DNA from: Eledone cirrhosa
Taxonomy: Eukaryota
DNA length: 64,000 nucleotides
Assembly: GCA_964016885.1 (NCBI GenBank)
Contig: CAXHJY010000767.1
Span: forward strand, 1 to 64,000
Direction: 5' to 3'
The notes beneath the pieces were generated by a model. It worked only from the letters and a program-made list of their open reading frames with translations, had not been told where the DNA came from and made no database searches. This document shows positions 37,245 through 50,190 of the stretch, piece after piece. The position numbers were made by a program, and so were the translations under genes. How positions within the stretch are numbered: position 1 is the first letter of the stretch; each line of letters opens with the position of its first letter.

Positions 37245-37490
37245 TATCTATCTATCAAAGGCGGGTAAAATTCCCGAGATCCATGGACGAGTTCTCTCCA
37301 GCGGTCTCTGTCCCTCATTATCGCTGCCATGTCCTGCGTCTCCAACAGACCAGTGTCTGTCCTTAGGGCATCAACATACGTTAACCTTGGTCTTCCTCTT
37401 CTAGTGTGTCCATGTAGGGGCTCCCAAAGGAGCACTGAGTGCAATGTCAACTCTGGATGTCGGTGAGCATGTCCAGCTAACCTCAGTTAT
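37245..37490 (-). mobile_element. LINE 3' fragment (RTE/RTEX-like, (TAGA)n tail)
   Basis: LRLAGHAHRHPELTLHSVLLWEPLHGHTRRGRPRLTYVDALRTDTG. Confidence 0.75.
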
Positions 37491-37555
37491 ATGTCCCAAG
37501 GCTCTGATACCATCAACACTATATACACAGAGCTGACATATCTAAGAACTGACTA

Positions 37556-37611
37556 ACTGCCTGATGAGGTCATAGCCATTCAATGGCTATCATCGAAATA
37601 TATATAGCAGT
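37556..37611 (+). ncRNA. Minimal type I hammerhead ribozyme (candidate)
   Basis: actgc CTGATGA ggt-c-atagccat-tca-atggctat-c-atc GAAA tatata TA gcagt, then AATAAA. Confidence 0.78.
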
Positions 37612-37656
37612 AAATAAAGGATTATGAGTTCATGCAATTGACTTATGTTTCGTCAC

Positions 37657-37688
<32 letters not shown>

Positions 37689-38037
37689 AATATATATATC
37701 TGCCTTTTACTTCCCACAATCTGAAGAATGTACAGAAGATATCAGCTACCGTTGCTACACCTCGGAATCAATTGATCAGTCAGTTCTCTCCTCCCCCTTC
37801 CCACACCCAACACCTTACATAATCTATAGTCAAAAGAAATAATATAATCACTAATATAACATTATAAAACTTTTTACCTGTATAAACAATTCAGGTGTTG
37901 ACTGATTAAATATGTAAATAATATTTATTTGTTTATTTTCAGCCAGGTGTAAAAATTTCGCTCCCTACCAACTCTCTCACATGATGTTGTTGTTGGAGAT
38001 CAGTTGATTCTCACGGTGATTGTTCTAGTTAATTTAA

Positions 38038-38290
38038 TATGTCAGTGGCTGAGCATTCCACAGACACATGTCCTCTTAATATAGTTCACAGGGAGATTCG
38101 GCAACATATTGTGTCAGTGGCTGAGCATTCCGCAGACACGTGGAGATTCAGTGTGAGACAATATGTTAGTGGCTCAGTATTCCACAGACACATGCACTCT
38201 TAATATAGTTCTCAGGGAGATTCAGTGTGAGACAGTATGTCAGTGGTTGAGTATTCCATAGACACGTGTAGCTTTAATATAGTTCTTAAC
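38038..38290. repeat. Degenerate tandem repeat x4 (tgtcagtggctgagcattccacagacac...)
   Basis: Recurrent 50-72-bp units. Confidence 0.7.
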
Positions 38291-39929
38291 ACTGCCACCT
38301 AAACAATACCACCATTACACTACCACCTATACACTGTCAACCCAGGTAGTTATATAACATCAGGACAATTGAATTTTCATGTTCCACTTTGATTAAATAA
38401 TTGTTTCTACTTTAGGCACAAGGCCAGCAATTACCCAGTGCATTACTGGTACTTTATTTTATCGACCCCGTAAGGATGAAAGGCAAAGTCAACCTCGGCG
38501 GGATTTGAACTCAGATCGTAAAGGGACGTAACTATGCTGGAAAGCATGGCGTCCGACCCTCTACCGATACTGCCAATCCACCGCCCTTTGATTAAATAAT
38601 ACAAGCTATTATGTGAAGTAGTAGTAGAGGTGGTGGTAGAGGTGGTGGTGGTGATGGTAGAGGTGGTGGTGGTAGGGGTGGTGGTGGTGGTGGTAGGGGT
38701 GGTGGTGGTGGTGGGGGGAGGGGGGGAGTAGCGGTGGTGGTGGTAGCAGTGGTGGCCGGGGAGGTGGTAGTGGTGGTAGTAGTAGTAGTAGTAGTAGTGG
38801 TAGTTGTAGTAGTAGTAGCAGTTGTTGTAATAGTGGTGGTGAAGGTGGTCGGGGGGGGGGGGGGGGGGTTCAAGGAGCAGAGTGGGGGAGGGGGGCACCA
38901 TGTATATTAATGAATCTCTGCAATGCTCTACATAACAAAAATTGGTAATTCTACAAAACTAGAACTGTTTCATTCAAAGGAAATCATCAGTACTACTACC
39001 ACCACCACCACCACCACCACTAGTACTACCACCACCACCCCCATCACCACTAGTACTACTACTACCACCACACCACCACCAGTACTACTACTACCACCAC
39101 CAGTAAACCCCCCACCACCACTAATACTACTACCACCACCCCCACTACCAGTACTACCACCCCCAATACTACCACCCCCCACCACCAGTACTACTACTAC
39201 CCCCCCACCACTAGTACTACTACCACCACCCCCCATCACCACTAGTACTACTACTACCACCCCCACCCCACCACCACCAATACTACAACAATCATCATCA
39301 TCAGTACCTCCAATTGTTAGTACATTCCAGAAAAGTGCATCTGTTGCATGTGTTGACAGCAGAACACTTAGCAATGGTGCATAGTTACGGTGGCGCTATC
39401 TTTAACACTTCCTTGGTAGTCATGTGATGTGCGGTGCGGGGGGGGGGCAGGTGCAAGGTATGGTACTCTGGCAGTGGTGGTGGTGGTGGTGGTGATGATA
39501 GTAATGGTGATGATGGTGATAGTAATAGCATGTTACAGCTTGGGGGTTACCATGTTGCTACGCACATACAGTGTTTCGGTGTTGTGTTGTCGCAGAAGAA
39601 GAGACTAGGCAACAAGAGGAGCTCCTTGCTGGTAGTTTCATATGCTAGAAATAACAGCCAAATCTCTGCAATACACACACAAGTCATTTTTTAAAATAAA
39701 AAAGATATAATGGAGAATACAGTTTGAGCACACTACTCATAAAAATGAGATTGGATGGTCATGGATGGAATACAATTGATTACGCCTGCTTGCTCAGGTC
39801 TGACATAGGTAAGTTAAAGAGACCTTAACATCTGACCAAGTTGAAGACTTACCTGGTTTACAATTAAAACACCTTTGATCATAGGTCAGTTCAACCAGGT
39901 TGAACTGGGTTACCGTTATAACACATTTG

Positions 39930-40125
39930 GTCAAATGGTTTGTTCAACCAAGATGACCTGAGTCACAGAGCACGTCTGATCAAATGGTTTGTTCAACCAA
40001 GATGACCTGAGTCACAGAGCACGTCTGATCAAATGGTTTGTTCAACCAAGATGACCTGAGTCACAGAGCACGTCTGATCAAATGATTTGTTCAATCAAGC
40101 TGACCTGGATCACAGCTCAATCAAG
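39930..40125. repeat. ~49-bp tandem repeat x3-4
   Basis: tcaaatggtttgttcaaccaagatgacctgagtcacagagcacgtctga. Confidence 0.85.
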
Positions 40126-40519
40126 TTGACCTGAAGTTAAATAATAACAGGAGGAGGGGGAGAATATTTTTATGGTTTTATCTGTGGAAGTGGGTCAATA
40201 AGAAAGTTTTGGTGTGAGGAGGCTTGACTATGTGTAGAGACTTGGGTGTAAACAGTAGTGTGGAGTAGAGGGTGGTAGTGAGAGGTGACAGTAGGTCATT
40301 GATGTATGACATGTGAGTGAACAGTTAGTGTAGAGTGAAAGGTGGTGGAGTGGGAGTGAGCGGTGATAGTATCTAGTTCATTGATGTATGACACTTGAGT
40401 GTGAACAGTTAGCATGGAGTGACGGGTGGTAGTGTATAAGTGGAGGGTGATGGTGTACAAGTGGAGGGTGGTGGAGTGGGAGAGCAATTTACTCTTCTTG
40501 CTCAATGAGACTGGGGTCA

Positions 40520-40940
40520 TCTTAGGTCAGTGATCCTAGAGGCATCATCATGCGTAGAGCTGACCAATGCCCTCCACGTGCCTGCCCCTCTGCATCTTCC
40601 AAGGTAATGTATAGCCTCTGGAGATCTTCCTTGATGACATCCAGCCATCTAGTGTGGGGCCTGCCACAGTTCCTCTTTCAGCCTGTAGCTGCTGTGTTGA
40701 ACAAGAGTAAGGCCCTGGTGGGATGATCTGACGGGAGGCGGAGGACATGTCTGTACCAGCATATGTGGCAGACAGCTATGAGGTAGAAGGCCGCGGGCTG
40801 ATGCATGCATGCATACAACTCTTTGTTGGAAACATGGTCATACCATCTGATGGTCTCGATGGTCGACAAGGCTCTGCTGTCAAAGCCATTGATCTTCTTT
40901 GCCAGAGTTTTTGAGAGAGGCCACATTTCTGCTCCATAAT
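40520..40940 (-). mobile_element. Decayed RTE-like LINE fragment
   Basis: YGAEMWPL...INGFDSRAL...IRWYDHVSN...WYRHVLR...RGxP; abuts a plus-strand LINE tail at ~40940-41165. Confidence 0.7.
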
Positions 40941-41173
40941 GGTATGAGGATGTGACAAGATCTTCAGGGTTTGCCAAGACTGTCCTGCAGCGAACAGTAC
41001 AAAGAGGGAGGAAGAGATGAGAGGACAACATCCCGGAATGGACAGGCATGATGCTGGGTGCAACCATGAGAAGAGCGGTGAAGTGAGAGGAATGGAAGGA
41101 GCTGGTTGCCAGGTCATCTGTGGCACCCCAATCATCCACCAGACTACAGGACAGATGAGAGAGATGGATATAT

Positions 41174-41207
<34 letters not shown>

Positions 41208-41531
41208 ATTGTAGTTAAAACAACTGAAAATTCTACAGAAAACCTTTGTTGAAACTCAACCTAGGAAAATGTACAGTATAGATGTAGGACTAAAGCAGTT
41301 GAAATGAAGTGTAAAACAGAAATACATAAAATATAAATTAATAGGCCAGAAAAATTTGAAATGATTATCTCCAGTAACTCATCTTAGAAATTGAAACCTG
41401 ACATGTTTTAACTGAAGTAATAACAAATTACTGCTATGATGTTAATATAAATTTTAATCATTTTGGCAAACTTCCAGCATTATAAGATGTTGGTAAGAGA
41501 GTAAAGGGTATGTTGAAGTAAAATTGTATCA

Positions 41532-42310
41532 TTAACCCTTTACTATTTACATTACTCTATATATACTATTCTATTTTCACGGTAAAGGCTTTACCTCACA
41601 TAATATCTCACATAACATTTACATTACTCTATATATACTATTCTATTTTCACGGTAAAGGCTTTACCTCACATAATATCTCACATAACATTTACATTACT
41701 CTATATATACTATTGTATTTTCACAGTAAAGGCTTTACCTCACATAATATCTCACATAACATTTACATTACTCTATATATACTATTGTATTTTCACAGTA
41801 AAGGCTTTACCTCACATAATATCTCACATAACATTTACATTACTCTATATATACTATTGTATTTTCACAGTAAAGGCTTTACCTCACATAATATCTCACA
41901 TAACATTTACATTACTCTATATATACTATTATATTTTCACAGTAAAGTCTTTACCTCACATAATATCTCACATAACATTTACATTACTCTATATATACTA
42001 TTGTATTTTCACAGTAAAGTCTTTACCTCACATAATATCTCACATAACATCTACATTACTCTATATATACTATTGTATTTTCACAGTAAAGTCTTTACCT
42101 CACATAATATCTCACATAACATCTACATTACTTTATATATACTATTGTATTGTCACAGTAAAGTCTTTACCACACATAATATCTCACATAACATCTACAT
42201 TACTCTATATATACTATTGTATTTTCACAGTAAAGTCTTTACCTCACATAATATCAAATCTATGACATTTTGATATTTATTTTGAGAACAATACCTTAAC
42301 ATCAGTATGA
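41532..42310. mobile_element. Truncated piggyBac-type MITE with ~9 tandem 78-bp repeats (inverted relative to 28345)
   Basis: TTAA|CCCTTTACTATT start; unit ttacattactctatatatactattgtattttcacagtaaaggctttacctcacataatatctcacataacat. Confidence 0.8.
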
Positions 42311-43003
42311 TTGTTGATGGTGTTTGGAGGGGTGATGATGGTGGTGGTGATGATGTTTGTAGTGATGGTGATGGAGGTGGTAGTAGTTGCGGTGGTGGTG
42401 ATGTTATGGTGGTGATGGTGGTGATAATAATAGTGATGGCAATGATGGTGGTGGTGATGGTAATGATGATAGTAATGTTTCTACTTTTGGCACAAGGCCA
42501 GCAATTACCCCAGTACATTACTGGTACTTTATTTTATCGACCCCGTAAGGATGAAAGAAAGGCAAAGTTAATAACCTCGACAGGATTTGAACTCAGAATG
42601 GCAAGGGCCGATAATGATGAGAAGAAGAAAGCTGATGATGAAGGCAGTTTCTAGCAGATTCTTTGCCAATAAATATGAGCAGGGTTGAGGCTGCGTCATT
42701 ATCTAAGATGGAACTCCTTGACCCTTACTTAATGGGAATAATTTGGGTCATCCTGCCTCCATTAATAAAAACACCTCCACCCCCTTCAATAACACCTCCA
42801 CCCCACCTTTATCAATAACATCACCTCCCCCAACCCGTTCAGTAACACTACCACTACTACCACCATCATTAGTTACGTCCCTTTATGATCTGAGTTCAAA
42901 TCTCGCCGAGGTTGACTTTGCCTTTCATCCTTACGGGGTCGATAAAATAAAGTACCAGTAATGTACTGGGTAATTGCTGGCCTTGTGCCTAAAAGTAGAA
43001 ACA

Positions 43004-44294
43004 ATTATCTAAGATGGAGGTTGTATCAACTGAAGAGAGAGACAGGGTTGAGGCTGTGTCATTATCTAAGATGGAGGTTGTATCAACTGAAGAGAGAGAC
43101 AAGGTTGAGGCTGTGTCATTATCTAAGATGGAGGTTGTATCAACTGAAGAGAGAGACAGGGTTGAGGCTGTGTCATTATCTAAGATGGAGGTTGTATCAA
43201 CTGAAGAGAGAGACAGGGTTGAGGCTGTGTCATTATCTAAGATGGAGGTTGTATCAACTGAAGAGAGAGACAGGGTTGAGGCTGTGTCATTATCTAAGAT
43301 GGAGGTTGTATCAACTGAAGAGAGAGACAGGGTTGAGGCTGTGTCATTATCTAAGATGGAGGTTGTATCAACTGAAGAGAGAGACAGGGTTGAGGCTGTG
43401 TCATTATCTAAGATGGAGGTTGTATCAACTGAAGAGAGAGACAAGGTTGAGGCTGTGTCATTATCTAAGATGGAGGTTGTATCAACTGAAGAGAGAGACA
43501 GGGTTGAGGCTGTGTCATTATCTAAGATGGAGGTTGTATCAACTGAAGAGAGAGACAGGGTTGAGGCTGTGTCATTATCTAAGATGGAGGTTGTATCAAC
43601 TGAAGAGAGAGACAGGGTTGAGGCTGTGTCATTATCTAAGATGGAGGTTGTATCAACTGAAGAGAGAGACAGGGTTGAGGCTGTGTCATTATCTAAGATG
43701 GAGGTTGTATCAACTGAAGAGAGAGACAGGGTTGAGGCTGTGTCATTATCTAAGATGGAGGTTGTATCAACTGAAGAGAGAGACAAGGTTGAGGCTGTGT
43801 CATTATCTAAGATGGAGGTTGTATCAACTGAAGACAGAGACAGGGTTGAGGCTGTGTCATTATCTAAGATGGAGGTTGTATCAACTGAAGAGAGAGACAG
43901 GGTTGAGGCTGTGTCATTATCTAAGATGGAGGTTGTATCAACTGAAGAGAGAGACAGGGTTGAGGCTGTGTCATTATCTAAGATGGAGGTTGTATCAACT
44001 GAAGAGAGAGACAGGGTTGAGGCTGTGTCATTATCTAAGATGGAGGTTGTATCAACTGAAGAGAGAGACAGGGTTGAGGCTGTGTCATTATCTAAGATGG
44101 AGGTTGTATCAACTGAAGAGAGAGACAAGGTTGAGGCTGTGTCATTATCTAAGATGGAGGTTGTATCAACTGAAGAGAGAGACAGGGTTGAGGCTGTGTC
44201 ATTATCTAAGATGGAGGTTGTATCAACTGAAGAGAGAGACAGGGTTGAGGCTGTGTCATTATCTAAGATGGAGGTTGTATCAACTGAAGAGAGA
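43004..44294. repeat. 57-bp minisatellite, ~22.5 copies
   Basis: attatctaagatggaggttgtatcaactgaagagagagacagggttgaggctgtgtc. Confidence 0.97.
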
Positions 44295-44567
44295 GGAAAG
44301 AAAAAAGGTCATGGAAAACACTAGAGAAATTTCAGGTGGGGTCAACAGGAAGGTTTTAAGCTTATCAGTTGATGGCATTTGTTGACAATGAACAGTTAGT
44401 ATTGCTGGGTTGGCAGTATCAGTAGAGGGTCCGACGGATGCCATGCTTTGTAGCACAGAGTTAGGGCCCTTTACGTTCTGTGTTCCCTATATATGTAGCC
44501 TTGTAAGAACAGCTACAAGAAATTTTAGAATCTGCAACAGAGGGTCTTCTCTTATAGACAATATAGA

Positions 44568-45400
44568 TGGTGGGATGATGGTAGTGGTGGTGATGGTGGT
44601 GGTGGTGGTAGTGGTGGTGGTGGTGGTGGTGGTGGGGGGTGATGGTGGTAGTGGTGGTGGTGGTGATGGTGGTGGTGGTGGTGGTAGTGGTGATGGTGGT
44701 GGTGGTGGTGATGGTGGTGGTGGTGATGGTGGTGGTGGTGGTGGTGGTGGTGATGGTGGTGGTGGTGGTGGTGGTGGTGGTGGTGTTAGTGGTGGTGGTG
44801 GTGTTAGTGGTGGTGGTGTTAGTGGTGGTGGTGGTGATGGTGGTGATGGTGGTGGTGGTGGTGGTGGTGGTGATGGTGGTGGTGGTGGTGATGGTGGTGA
44901 TGGTGGTGGTAGTGGTGGTGGTGGTGATGGTGGTGGTGGTGGTGGTGTTAGTGGTGGTGGTGGTGTTAGTGGTGGTGGTGGTGATGGTAGTGGTGGTGTT
45001 AGTGGTGGTGGTGGTGGTGATGGTGGTGGTGGTGGTGGTGGTGGTGGTGGTGATGGTGGTGGTGGTGGTGGTGGTGGTGATGGTGGTGGTGGTGGTGATG
45101 GTGGTGATGGTGGTGGTAGTGGTGGTGGTGGTGATGGTGGTGGTGGTGGTGGTGGTGATGGTGGTGGTGGTAGTGGTGGTGGTGGTGGTGGTGGTAGTGG
45201 TGGTGGTGATGGTGGTGGTGGTGATGGTGGTGGTGGTGGTGGTGGTGGTGGTGGTGTTAGTGGTGGTGGTGGTGTTAGTGGTGGTGGTGGTGATGGTAGT
45301 GGTGGTGTTAGTGGTGGTGGTGGTGATGGTGGTGATGGTGGTGGTGGTGGTGGTAGTGGTGGTGGTGGTAGTGGTTGTAATGATGATGGTAGTAGTGGTA
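44568..45400. repeat. (GGT)n microsatellite
   Basis: Interrupted GGT tract. Similar tracts at 53430-53650 and (AGT/GGT)n at 57525-58590. Confidence 0.95.
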
Positions 45401-45624
45401 GTGTTGCTGAAGGGGTTGGGGTAGGTGATGTTATTGATAAAGGTGGCGTGGAGGTGTTATTGAAGGGGGTGGAGGTGTTATTGAAGGGGTGGAGGTGTTT
45501 TTATTAATGGAGGAGGGATGACCCAAATTATTCCCATTAAGTAAGGGTCAAGGAGTTCCAATAACAATGTTAAGTTTCCTGCAGAACATTCCACAATTTA
45601 AATTGCAACCCAATCACATTACTA

Positions 45625-45655
<31 letters not shown>

Positions 45656-46091
45656 TAACACACAAACACACACACACACACTAACACACAAACACACACA
45701 CACACACTAACACACAAACACACACACACACACTAACACACAAACACACAAACACTTGCCAACACACACAGAAATCGTACATTTTATCCAGTCTTTTGAT
45801 GAAACCAACTATGCTGCAAAACTGTCTATAAAAATTTGTAAATATATTCTTTTATAGAATTATATATATAGAATTATATATATATATATATATAGAATTA
45901 TATATATATATAGAGAGAGAATTATATATATATATATAGAGAGAGAATTATATATATATATATAGAGAGAGAATTATATATATATATATATATATAGAGA
46001 ATTATATATATATATATATATATAGAATTATATATATATATATATATAGAATTATATATATATAGAATTATATATATATATAGAGAGAGAG

Positions 46092-46136
<45 letters not shown>

Positions 46137-46276
46137 AAATTAAGATAAATCAAATGAATTTAATCTAAATCAAAATTAAGTGGTTACACACTTGTAAAAA
46201 TTATCTCCTGTGATTATTCATGTTTATTTATATGTTAATCAATTTCTAGTTATTATATATATATATATATATATAG

Positions 46277-46337
<61 letters not shown>

Positions 46338-47275
46338 ATAATAAATATATATATATATATAGAATTATATATATATATATATATAGAGAGAGAATAATAA
46401 ATATATATATATATATATAGAATTATATATAGAATTATATATATATATATAATTATATATATATATATATGCAAGCAGGGAAAAGCGGACATAAAATGAT
46501 GATATATTTGTGTATAAGTTAACAAGATATCGTTTAAAGTAATCCAAGTAGAGGTTATCAGTACTCGGTATCAAGATAGTTTTAACGTTCGGCATTGTTT
46601 GAGTCAACAAGAAGTTACCCTAGTCGGGTGGCCAGTTTGAGAAAGTTCCTAGGCAGGTGGTTCTTGGAGTAATAATAATAGTGAAAGAATGAAAAGTAAC
46701 ATGGTTGGCTGCTCTCACCACCTCTGCCCATGTTTTTCGTGGTCTTCCTCTACTGCATCTTCCTTCTACTGGGATTTCTTGGCACTTCTTTACCCAACGC
46801 TCATCCTCCATGCACATCACATGTTCATACCATCGCAGTCTTCTCTCCCATATAATATACATATTATATGGATGCACAAACTGCTAGAAATAACACCTAA
46901 ATCATCTTCAACCCATGACCTAGGATATTAATAGTGGGGAGAACCTATACTGCACATTAATTAAGGTGTGGTTGTAACTGCACTGTAGTTGAATGTGACC
47001 CATCCAGCTAGGTAGGAAGTGAAAGCTGTTGCTGGTTGAATCAGATCTGCATATTTTCTCCAGAAGGGAACAGGGAAGGGTTTTAGAACTTCAAAATTAT
47101 TTTGAAGTTGTAGATTAAATCAGATGAAATATATCTTCCTCTGATAAAGTTACAAGAAAAATAGAAACTATACAAATTAAAGATAAAGAATGTGTATCAG
47201 GTAAATAAACCTAATAACGTATACAAGTATCCCATATTATATATTTATATATACACACAGTATATATATATATAA

Positions 47276-47874
47276 AGCATAAATGAATTGAGAGAGAGAC
47301 TGAGCATAAGAGGAATCAAATGCTGTGTGCAGGAGAGGCGGTTGTGTTGGTATGGACATGTGATGCGTGTGAAGGATGACAGCTGCATAAAAAGGTGCAG
47401 AGCACTAGAAGTCAATGGAAACCGCGGAGTGGGGAGACACAAGATGACCTGGGATGAGGTGATAAAAGCCGACCTTACCCAATTACACCTCTCAAATGCG
47501 ATGACACACGACTGTGACCTCTGGCGTCACGCAGTAATACAGAGTACCTGACCTACCATGGGTACAAGCTGAAGCATATAGACAATATGTCCCCACACCC
47601 TCCCACCGCAAAGTGGTCGTGAAGGTGCCACGGCAAAAAAGCACCCAGCCCACTCTGTAAAGTGGATGTGTAGGCGCCACGGAATAAAAGCACCCAGCAC
47701 TCACTGTAAATGAGGTTGGTGTTAGGAAGGGCATCCAGCTGTAGAAATCAAGCCAAAATCAGTTCCTGTATGAGCAAGGCATGGTCAGCCGACCGGACAC
47801 TGCCCACAACATGACAACCCGTCTAACCCATGCAAGCATGGAAGAACGGACGTAAAACGGTGATGATGATGATG
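47276..47874 (+). mobile_element. Second, shorter 5'-truncated copy of the 34645 RTE LINE
   Basis: Matches 36381-36983 closely and is flanked by (TA)n on both sides. A 3' tip copy lies at 31468-31582. Confidence 0.92.
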
Positions 47875-48146
47875 AATATATATATATATATATATATGTT
47901 AATGTGTGCCTGTCTGTATGTATATATATATATATATATACACACATATATATATATAATGTATGATATATGTTAATGTGTGTGTCTATATATATATGTG
48001 TCCAAAAGAAGTCATACATGGGAAAAATAATTATGTTTATATTAGAAAAGAACACGTTAATAAATAAATAAATATGGAAACTTAAAAATGTAATTATTTT
48101 TCCTATGTATTGTGACTTTTGGTCCACTCTGTATATATACCATCAT

Positions 48147-48640
48147 GGCAGTATCAGTAGAGGGTCGGACGCCATGCTGGGGCAGTGGATTGGCAGTATC
48201 AGTAGAGGGTCGGACGCCATGCTGGGGCAGTGGATTGGCAGTATCAGTAGAGGGTCGGACGCCATGCTGGGGCAGTGGATTGGCAGTATCAGTAGAGGGT
48301 CGGACGCCATGCTAGGGCGGTGGATTGGCAGTATCAATAGAGGGTCGGACGCCATGCTGGGGCAGTGGATTGGCAGTATCAGTAGAGGGTCGGACGCCAT
48401 GCTAGGGCGGTGGATTGGCAGTATCAATAGAGGGTCGGATGCCATGCTGGGGTGGTGGATTGGCAGTATCGGTAGAGGGTCGGACGCCATGCTTTCCAGC
48501 ATAGTTACGTCCCTTTACGATCTGAGTTCAAATCCCGCCGAGGTTGACTTTGCCTTTCATCCTTACGGGGTCGATAAAATTAAGTACCAGTAATGCACTG
48601 GGTAATTGCTGGCCTTGTGCCTAAAGTAGAAACAATTATT
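48147..48640 (+). mobile_element. SINE with its 45-bp head tandemly amplified ~8 times
   Basis: ggcagtggattggcagtatcagtagagggtcggacgccatgctgg repeats lead into a complete SINE body. Confidence 0.88.
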
Positions 48641-48993
48641 TTATGCCAGCTTTTCTTTCCAGGCTTGCATGGATTAGACAGCTCCTATTCAGTATAGCCT
48701 GTCATCCTTTGTCATCTCTACTATGAGCTTCAGCAGAGAAAAAACATAATAGTACCACTAATGATGTCACAGGTGTGTGATGAAAAAACTTTGATCGACT
48801 ATATATATATATATATTTATATCGATATTTTTAACCGTTGATCAATGAATGATAAACATTGATTGCCAGCTAAATTAACTCAAAAGATATAAAATATACA
48901 GAAGCGAAAACCAATCCAAATCAAACACAAACAGTGAGTGTGTTTTTTTATTATTTCTGGCAATATTATAACAATATCACCCTCCCCAAATAT

Positions 48994-49024
<31 letters not shown>

Positions 49025-49076
49025 CAGTATAAGGATAAGGAACAAGGATTCAGTGTTGCATCATAACATATTTAAT

Positions 49077-49170
49077 AACACATTACATATGTTTCACTAT
49101 CAATCAGCTCGAGGCAAGACTTTTTATAGATCGAACCTGACTCTGTAATCAAAAGGTCGTCAGATATGTT
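49077..49170 (-). ncRNA. Minimal type I hammerhead ribozyme (candidate, imperfect stem II)
   Basis: aacatat CTGACGA ... GAAA catatg TA atgtgtt; shares gattacagagtcagg with the 23873 motif. Confidence 0.62.
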
Positions 49171-49660
49171 TAGTATATGAGTTTGTCTCCGATTCATACA
49201 ACTATATATATAATCATAATAATACACCACGTGTGTTTGTATATTTATATATATGTTCATCTGTAACTCTTTAAAATTTTCCCACTTACATACAATGGAT
49301 TTCTTATCTGAGCCCTGTTCCTTCAATAAAATGTTTGCTTTCCTATTATTTTTGTCTCTATAAATAGTTATTCTTCCAAACTTATACATTTAATTCCATA
49401 TGTTAAATGTAAATAAATACATACTCATCATTTATGTAATTATATCTAAGAAATAAATGATTAAAATATCGTTTTTATATTTAATCACTTCCACGTGTTA
49501 ATAATTAATATAAATTATAGAGTTTCACTTATATAAACTGCACATTTCCCAGTTTGCATGATTGTTTACATCCACTAATCCTGGTATATATGACATACCA
49601 ATCATCGACTAAATATATTCAACACTTGCCATCATTACTCAATGCAGAGGTCCACTCACA
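49171..49660 (-). pseudogene. Decayed Penelope-like GIY-YIG endonuclease remnant
   Basis: Frameshifted peptides DGKC (49622-49633), VIY (49586-49594), VYISET (49521-49538) and CKWE, directly upstream of the hammerhead on the same strand. Confidence 0.45.
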
Positions 49661-49669
49661 TCATTATTG

Positions 49670-50190
49670 TTGTCTAACCCTTTAACATTCACATTACTCT
49701 ATATTTACTCATAGTAAAGGTTTTAACCCACATAATATCTCACATAATATTGAATCTGAGATTTTGATATTTATTTTGAGGGCGGTGGATTGGCAGTATC
49801 GGTAGAGGGTCGGACGCCATGCTTTGACGCATAGAGTTACGGCCCTTGCCATTCTGAGTTCAAATCCCACCGAGGTTAACTTTGCCTTTCATCCTTACGG
49901 GGTCAATAAAATAAAGTGCCAGTAATACACTGGGGTAATTGCTGGCCTTGTGCCAAAAGTAGAAACAATTATTGTCTAACCCTTTAACATTCACATTACT
50001 CTATATTTACTCATGGTAAAGGTTTTAACTCACATAATATCTCACATAATATTGAATCTCTGAGATTTGGATATTTATTTTGAGAACAATACGTTAACAC
50101 CAGTATGAGTGGTCAGTTACGGTTGGTTTGAATTAAAAAAGGGGAGGGAATATTGGCTGCATATAACTGGTTTAAATGCTAAAGAGTTAA
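49670..50190. mobile_element. piggyBac-type MITE interrupted by a SINE (49780-49971) with a ~111-bp flanking duplication
   Basis: 49670-49780 is repeated at 49972-50084; the MITE ends aatgctaaagag|TTAA. Confidence 0.8.

Noticed and set aside
39847-39855. Perfect minus-strand donor CAG|GTAAGT as an upstream PLC exon
   Set aside because: Lies in degenerate repeats with no convincing acceptor or promoter; cannot be supported without transcripts.
42961-44385. Long ORFs (474, 436 and 379 aa) with 19-aa repeats
   Set aside because: They result from a 57-bp unit lacking stops in several frames; no domain, no splice context, and they start inside a SINE tail.
44410-45507. Gly-rich and Val-rich ORFs (also 57361-58638)
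   Set aside because: (GGT)n and (AGT)n tracts with no coding signals.
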